Shown here: in pieces, positions 56,390 to 64,000 of the stretch
How the letters are laid out: the number at the start of each line of letters is the position of its first letter
How positions within the stretch are numbered: the stretch's first letter is position 1
NCBI GenBank assembly: GCA_002269645.1
Contig: NIVC01002468.1
Location: forward strand, 107,450-171,449
Source: Macrostomum lignano
Lineage: Eukaryota
Direction: 5' to 3'
Length of the DNA: 64,000 nt
Notes under the pieces: generated by a model
What the model was told of the DNA's origin: nothing
The model's input: the letters and a program-made list of their open reading frames with translations, nothing else
The model's database searches: none
Translations under genes and position numbers: made by a program

Positions 56390-57850
56390 AGAAAAGCTAC
56401 CAAGTCAAACATAAAGAGTTACCATGTCAAACATAAAAAAGCCACCATGTCGAACATAAAAAGCCACTATGTCAAACATAAAAGAGCCACCATGTCAAAC
56501 ATAAAAAGCCACCATGTCAAATGTTAAAGAGCCATCATGTCAAACATTAAAGAGCCACCATGTCAAACATAACAGAGACACCATTTCAAATGTAAAAGGG
56601 CTCCCATGGCAAACATAGAAGAGCCACCATGTTGAACATAAAAGAGCCACCATGTCAAACATATACGTGACTCCATGTCAAACATAAAAGAGCGACCATG
56701 TTGAACATTAAAGAGCCACTATGTCAAACATTAAAGAGCCACCATGTCAAACATAAAAGAGCCACCATGTCAAACATATATGTGACTCCATGTCAAACAT
56801 AAAAGAGCTACCATGTCAAACATATGTGACTCAATGTCAAACATATATGTGACCTCATGTCAAACATAAAAAAGCTACCATGTCAAACATTAAAGAGCCA
56901 CTATGTCAAACATTAAAGAGCCACCATGTCAAACATATACGTGACTCCATGTCAAACATTAAAGAGCCACCATGTCAAACATTGAAGAGCCACTATGTCG
57001 AAAATTAAAGAGCCACCATGTCAAACACTAAATAGCTACCATGTCAAACATAAAAGAGCCAACATGTCAAACATATACGTGACTCCATGTTAAACATAAA
57101 AAAGCTACCATGTCAAACATTAGAGAGCCACCATGTCAAACATAAAAGAGCCAACATGTCAAACATATACGTGACTCCATGTCAAACATAAAAGAGCCAA
57201 CATGTCAAACATATACGTGACTCCATGTGAAACATAAAAGAGCTACCATGTCAAACATTAGAGAGCCACCATGTCGAACATAAAAGAGCCACCATGTAGA
57301 ATAATTAATAGCCACCATGAAGAACATTAAAGAGCCACCATGTCAAAAATTTAAGAGCCACCATGTCAAACATTTAAGAGCCACCATGTCAAACATTAAA
57401 GAGCCACCATGTCAAACATTTCAAAGCCACCATGTCAAACCTAAAAGAGCCACCATGTCGAATATAAAAGAGCCACCATGTCGAACATAAAAGAGCTACC
57501 ATGTCAAACATTAAAGAGCCACCATTTCAAACATTAAAGAGCCACCATGTCAAACCTACATGACTCCATGTCGAACATTCAAGAGCCACCTTGTCAAACA
57601 TATATGACTCCATGTTAAACATTGAAGCGACACCATGTCAAACATTAAAAAGCCACCACATCAAACATAAAAGAGCCACCATGTCAACTATAAAAGAGCC
57701 ACCATGTAAAACATATATGTGACTCCATGCCAAATATATACGTGACTCCATGTCAAACATATACGTGACTATGTCAAAAGTATACGTGACTCCATGTTAA
57801 ACATTAAAGAGCCACTATGTCAAGCATAAAAGAGCAACCATGTCAAACAT
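56390..57850 (+). repeat. Minisatellite of about 22 bp (AAAGAGCCACCATGTCAAACAT) interleaved with a variant unit (ATACGTGACTCCATGTCAAACAT)
   Basis: More than 60 units share the CCATGTCAAACAT core. Confidence 0.95.
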
Positions 57851-57859
57851 GATTCTTGC

Positions 57860-58190
57860 TATCTGGGGTATGCTTGCATGCTATCTGGGGATGCTTGATA
57901 TTAGGGAGGCAAGAAGCTTGCTCTTAGAGGGGAGGGGTACTTGCTATTTTTGGGGAGGGGTACTTGCTATTTTTGGAGAGGGGTTGCTATCTGGGTGATG
58001 CTTGCTATCTGGAACATGCTCTTGAGATTGTATTTGGGGGTGCTTGCTATTGTATTTGGGGTAGAAGGGCTTGCTATCTGGGGATGCTTGCTATCTGGGG
58101 GATGTTTGCTATTTGGGGATGCTTGCTATCTGAGATATCCTTGCTATCTGGGAGATGCTTGCATGCTGTCTGGAGATGCTTGCTGTCTTG
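57860..58190 (+). repeat. Degenerate repeat of about 17-19 bp (CTTGCTATCTGGGGATG)
   Basis: Direct reading. Confidence 0.85.
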
Positions 58191-58855
58191 GGATGTTTTT
58201 TGGAGGAAATGTCTGTTATTTTTTTTGTCTATTTGTTACTTGTAAAGAAAACAAATATTCTATCCAGATGTCCCCATTGGGGGGCAAAGATTGCTAGTCC
58301 ATATACTAAAAATGAAAATCTTGTCTTATCTAAAAGACAATAGTCTAACTAGAATCATAGTCTTTGATCTAGTTTAACAAATCATCTTGTTAAACTAGAA
58401 CTAAAACAACATGTTAAACTAACAAATCAACTTGTTAAACTAAAATCATATTGTTAAACTTGCTTTACCTTTTGTACAACTGTACCTTAATGACAAGTGG
58501 CTAAGTCTTGCAAACCACAGAGTGCCAGTACCAGTCAGCCTTTACTAGTCTATGCATTGACAGATATTGGCACCATTCTATGCTCAGCTGCCAAGTCCAA
58601 GGATCATGGCAAATCATGGCTTTCACAATAGCAATTGTCTTAGCAATGTAGGCCTAAGCAGATTGTGGGCAACCACTTCCTAGCTTATAATAGATGTGGC
58701 CTTGGCATCGGATTGTTACTTATATGTAGTAAACTGTTGCTAATCTAATCTCAAATTGTAATTAGATTGTCTTAAAAATTAGAGGCATCATCACATAAAA
58801 CAATTTGATAGCACTTTGCCACAAAGCTTGTTGCTTGCTTATAATCAAAGTAAAT

Positions 58856-61800
58856 CAGGGGCGCGTCAGAGGTTTCAGGATGGGGGGGCCCAGTTGGGGC
58901 CCAGTAAAAACTGAAAGGGCAACATCTCGAATAGAGTGTACATTTTTTAATTACAAGTATTGTAAGAGAAAATTTTCATCGAAAAGCAAAAATGACATCC
59001 AAAAATACCTCGCAATGAATGATTGCAATTGTTTAGTTAATTTAAGAAAAACGAACATTCTAAATCACTAAATGGTTCTTGTTTTTTTTGCCCAAGAAAA
59101 TGCTTTTGAATATTTTTTGCTTTGTCAAGTTGTTTAGTTTTGTAATTGGAAGACTTTAAACACAAATGCATGCATGTTACTTTTTCCAGCAGATTCTCGT
59201 CAAAAAACTCCGTTGGTTACTCCTTTGGAAGATTTCATGCATTTACTACACATTGAACCTTCATTATTATAAAAAATAAGAAATGCCGACGTTTAAAATT
59301 TTTATGCATTCTTCAATGACCTCATTAATAATAGATATATACCCAGCAAGACAAAATTTTCCACACTTCTCTTGACAGAATTTCATCTCTCTGTTTGAGT
59401 GACAAACAAGGACAACTTGATAACAGTTATCAAGTTGTCCTTGGTGACAAATTGGAGACTCTGGGCCACAGACATTTATTCTGATACATGTATGCGCATT
59501 GAGATACATCGAGATAGAGTCTGATAGACCAGACCATAGAAATCTAAGCTAGATATCTATGGATAGACAGTTTTTGTAATTGTAATTTGTCTATGGTCGA
59601 ACTGTTGGATTAATTCGCCACTCAACTGAGAGACAAAATTCTCCTAAGAAACGGATGGGGACACTTGTCTTGCTGAGTATGCATGCATGGTGCATAAAGT
59701 ACATTTGATGATCGATGATAGGTTTAGTGAAAACACGTCAGCGTAGAATGAACTTGAATATGAATTTACAAGTAACACTTTACCACCCACTTCATCACAA
59801 TCACCATACCGGTACATAACATAACAACAGACCTTAACATGAATGCATGCATATATACATATTATTTAATATATATACATAATTTAAAACAAATCAGCCA
59901 ATTCGATCAATGTGATACACACGTACATTCGTATACCTTTGAACGATACATGAAACAGGTAGCAATTAGTAGCAATGACAATGAAGTGAAAAATGACAAG
60001 TAATGTAACGTACATAAATGAAGTATGTACAGAATAAAAACGTAAAAGCAACATACATATACTGTAATACTATACATGTACATACATTAGTCAAGTGGCC
60101 GTAGCAAATGTAAATTGTCTTAGCGAGCAAAATAAGTCATAAAATTATGTTAGACTTATTCGCCTATTAGAATGGGCAGACGCAAATTCATCAACAAAAC
60201 AGTCAAGATCAATTATTGATGCTCGCTCATTTTCAATCGACAAAAGAGCCAGATTCGAAAGTCAAGAAGATGACATTCGACTTCTCAAGTACGTCTTGAT
60301 CAGGCGCATTTTCGAAAAACTGCGCTCCGCTGATGCTGTTGTTACTGGAATAGTCAAGCATATGATGAAAGCTTGTACAACTCAGGGAAAACCTCTCTGA
60401 ATGGGTGCAACATCTCAGCAAATGCTTTTAAATCAGTCAAGCTGCCATTGCCCTTTCTCTCAATCAGACGCTTTACTTGAATTACCTCAAGTTTCAGGAA
60501 CTCTTGGTCACATTTGAATAGGCCTCCTAAATCCTCCAGCTGTGAAGCGTCCAAAAAACAGTCCGAGTTTGGCTTTAGAACCAATTCCCTTAAAGAGAAC
60601 AGCTGTTTCATGGTCAAATCTTTGTCGCATTTCCGACAATAGGCAGTCGATCACCGATAGATATACATTAATTCGAAATCTGTTTGCTCCAGATTCAGAG
60701 TTGCGCTGAGCGACATGATCCCTTTCAAAAGTTACAAACTGATCGAAGCGCTTATTTGGGCGTTTTGTTGTCTGTTTGGTTCTGGCTCAGGTATATTCCA
60801 CTCATTACCTAACTGCTGGGAGTCCAGAAATACTTTCTCTAAAATTCGTTGCTGTCGCGCAAAGTTTGGAATTTGGTGATTGTTGACTGTGCAAATCAAC
60901 AGCAGAAGCAAGGTCTAAATCTTTTTGTTGAAGGAAATCCGATAGTGCCTTTGTGCGAGTCAGAATTTCGCACATAAGAACTAGCCTTAGTACGAAGCTT
61001 CGGGTCAACTGAGCTAAAATTCCAGTGGCTTCAACAACACGATCTCCGGAGTCCTGCTCCTTAATTTCTTTTAAAACGGAGAGAATCGCGCCAATACGAT
61101 TAAGAATATTGTTGCACGCCTTCTCTCTGCAGGCCCATCTCGTGTCTGAGAGGCGCTGAAGCTCTAAGGCTGGCTTTCCAAGATAGAGTTTCTTCTGGTG
61201 GTCAATAAACTGAGGATGAACAACTAAGTTTGACATAAAACAGTAGAGCTTCTGCACAAGAGAAAAGAAGTCCTCAAATCTAGGGCACTGATTTGCAAGC
61301 ATCAACAAGACATAGATTCAGGCAGTGTGCATAGCAGTGTATGTAAATTGCAAGTTCCGACTTGTCTCAATCAGCTTTTGGAGCCCATTATGAACTCCGC
61401 TCATCACTGAGGCTCCATCATAGCCTTGGCCAACTAGAAATCGGTGTCTAGGCCATATTTCTGAAGGCTTTCTACTAGTGAGTTAGCAAGTGATTGGGCA
61501 GATAGTCCTGAAGCAGGTTTAAATTCCATAAAGACTTCCTGCACTCCTTCTGAATGCTTGTAGAAACAAATGATTAAGGAGATCATTTTACCTTAGATAT
61601 ATCCTTGGCCTCATCTACAATCACAGAAAAATATTTGGCTTCTTGGATGTCGTTTACAACAACATCACGGACCATGTCTGCCAGAATGTTAATAACTTCA
61701 TTTTGAATTGTGTCACTCGTGTACTTTGCATTCTTCTTCTGTTCAGATATCTTCTTTATTATTTCGTCATGTCTGCCAATCAGCTTCAATAATACTTTGA

Positions 61801-63423
61801 AGTTTCCAGGATTTACTTGCTCATCATTTTCGCGATGCCCCTTTGGGCGATGTTTTGAGTTGCTGTAAGAAGTAATTACTTCTCCTACACACTTAATGAA
61901 GTGCCTGTTCTCAGCTACTTAGCTTTGTACGTAGCATCAAGCTGTTTCAATACAGTTCCTTCAGTGTCTTTCATTACTTTGTAGTCACACCATGCTTGCA
62001 TTGCTAAACTGTGGCAATGAGAGCGGGCATGCTTTTTAAAGCCTGCATCCTGACACTGAGCATTTTTCCAGTTGCGGAATCCCTGAGTAGTAAAAGATGG
62101 CTCTTCTTGCATAGATGGAGGCGCGAAGTGGCGGCAGGGAAAGCAAAAAGCAGAATCCTTCATTTGCAAATACTCAAGCCACTTGTAAGTCTCAAACCAC
62201 GAGAATTGAAATGAACGGGACTTTTGCTTTGCCTTATCCGTTCCTGTGGAGGATTTTTACAAATTTTTACATTGATTTTTACAAACTTTTAAAAAATACG
62301 TCTATATCAGTATAGCTAGCCTTAGCCACTAGCACTAGCCACTAGTAACCATTAGCACAAACAGTATTATATAAATAACTGTCGACTTACTGCCTGAAGT
62401 TCCAACTGATTTTGGGTAGTTCCGCAAAAATGGCTGACAGGGTGGATCGTCCTTATTCTGGAAATATCACATAGGGCCTTCGAAGAAGGTTGCTCAATTG
62501 TTCTACTGTCTGAGGCTGACTCTGTAGCAGTGGCAGCGGTAGCTGTCTCAACTAGAACAGGAGTGCCAGGAAAATTTGTTTCAGAGCCAGTCAGTTGAGC
62601 ATCCTGTTCAGACTCCTGATCCGCAATCGTAGAGATGGCACTTGGTTGATCCTTATGCCTTTTCGCCTGGCTATCAGTTTTTTCGCCTGGACCTTCATCA
62701 TCTTCTCGCGGGTCTGAGCTAGGTCTTTTTAAAAAACTTCGAATATCAGGCCTCTGCATTGTTGGCCAGGCTTCTTTAATTCAATTCTTAAAAATACATT
62801 TCCGTTTTTTTGAACCTTAAGACTTAAGAGAGCAGTAGCTAAAGTGTGACTTAAATCTTAAGGGGCAGAGGGGCAATGCTCTGTAGTCTTTTACACACTG
62901 CCTGAATGTATGATGGTTTAACTCTTTGTCCCTGTCCAAATGTACATTTATCAGCACGCTTCTCCCTTCCCTTTCTGTCTGTCCTATCCCTCCTTTCCCT
63001 GTCCCAGTGCAAGTGTTAGGCTATACGCGTGGGGGAGGGGGTTGGGGGGTTGGAAGGATACAGCCATATAGACTGAACAGTTAGATAAAAACAATAAAGT
63101 CTGAGAGGCAATGCACTTTATAATTAAAGTTAGACAAAACCAAAAACACCGACAGATACTATAAAAACAAACGAAACGAAATTTGCCATACTATCAGATC
63201 AGAGAGTAAAGAATATTGTACCCATGTAAAGTTATGCTCGTGTAAAAACTTCTAGTATAGTAGTATTGTTTCTAAAATTAAAATTATAAAAAGGTTTTTC
63301 AATTTTTTTTGAAAAAATTCGACGTTCAGAAGTCAGAACTGAAAGTGGGGGGGCCACAGGGGGGCCTATGGCCTAACAAGGGGGGCCCAGGCCCTCCCTG
63401 GCCCCCCCTTGGACGCGCCACTG
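58856..63423 (-). mobile_element. Full-length hAT DNA transposon, 4568 bp, non-functional
   Basis: TIR CAGGGGCGCGTC / GACGCGCCACTG (11 of 12 match) with G-rich subtermini, and an 8-bp TSD AAGTAAAT at 58848-58855 and 63424-63431. Confidence 0.92.
60145..62759 (-). pseudogene. hAT transposase pseudogene (ZMYM1-like: TTF-type zinc finger, DUF4371-like region, hATC dimerisation domain)
   Basis: Fragments WLEY...AFCFPCRHF, NAKYTSDTIQNEVI, FSVIVDEAKDIS, GQGYDGASVMSG, LQRLSDTRWACR and TIPVTTASAERSFSKMRLIKTYLRS lie in several frames with stops. A probable intron follows CAGGCA|GTAAGT near 62380. Confidence 0.88.
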
Positions 63424-64000
63424 AAGTAAATGAGAAAATTTTGATACTATATTAGTATATGAAAGCTAAACAATTGTAGATTGTTTTTTTTCATGATAGA
63501 CACAAAAATTGATTGAAATTAAAAAAGCAAAAAAACAAAATTTTCATGTTTGATATACATTAGTACTCTAAAATACTAAATTGTTTTGGTTTTTTTATAA
63601 TTTAAAAATAATTTCCCAAGTTTTTGTAAAAACCCAAGATTATTCAAGACAAAAAAAAGATGTTATAAATGTTAATGTGTTATGGTTCTATCCTATAAAA
63701 TGATCTCATTGCTATCACTAGGCCCTAAGTTGATATAGAGGACAGGGGTTACTTCTGCCTTCTAGAGTAATCCTATTGTTATTAATGCTAAAGTTGTTAT
63801 TTATCTTAATATTTATGTACTTCTTTCATGTATTTATCCTTTGGTAGCATATATATTTATCTATTGGTAGCATGTGTTTATCTACTAGTAGCATATATAA
63901 ATATTTATTGGCCTGAATAATCCTATGGTACTGTCTACTCTATTCTTATATATATCCCCTTATTCTATTCCTCTAAAGAGTTTTCTTTCAGTCTTGGGCA

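Overview
This is repeat-rich eukaryotic (invertebrate animal) genomic DNA, not a prokaryotic locus. Spliced genes with GT-AG introns sit among many minisatellite arrays and transposon relics; the style resembles free-living flatworm assemblies such as Macrostomum, but the organism is only an inference. Host genes I can reconstruct by hand: (1) a ribosomal protein S6 kinase on the minus strand, with six phase-consistent exons from 43731 to 37642 and a candidate upstream exon at 52706-52834; (2) a two-exon type I membrane protein with three fibronectin type II-like modules and PTAP/PPSY motifs in its tail (10815-12361); (3) two divergently oriented, highly diverged cyclic-nucleotide-binding (PKA-R/PKG-like) paralogs that share an intron position (22539-24997 minus, about 28855-30456 plus); (4) a probable orphan gene starting MGQQLSC (7183-8500); (5) a frameshifted Gly/Ala-rich, Lys/Thr-rich ORF (21256-21889). 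Mobile DNA: a near-complete Chapaev transposon (322-bp TIRs, 4-bp TSD, two nonsense codons), a full-length but frameshifted hAT element (8-bp TSD), a hAT MITE, a 1.77-kb foldback element with 630-bp arms, four RTE-type LINE fragments (one split by a 970-bp solo LTR) and an RNase H-bearing LINE 3' end. The most unusual signals are three degenerate copies of the conserved 28S rRNA segment that carries the R2/I-PpoI target site, lying in or near S6K introns, and complementary (TGTC)n/(GACA)n tracts bracketing one in-frame S6K exon. Most long ORFs in the supplied track are artefacts of tandem repeats. All coordinates were counted by eye and no database searches were run.
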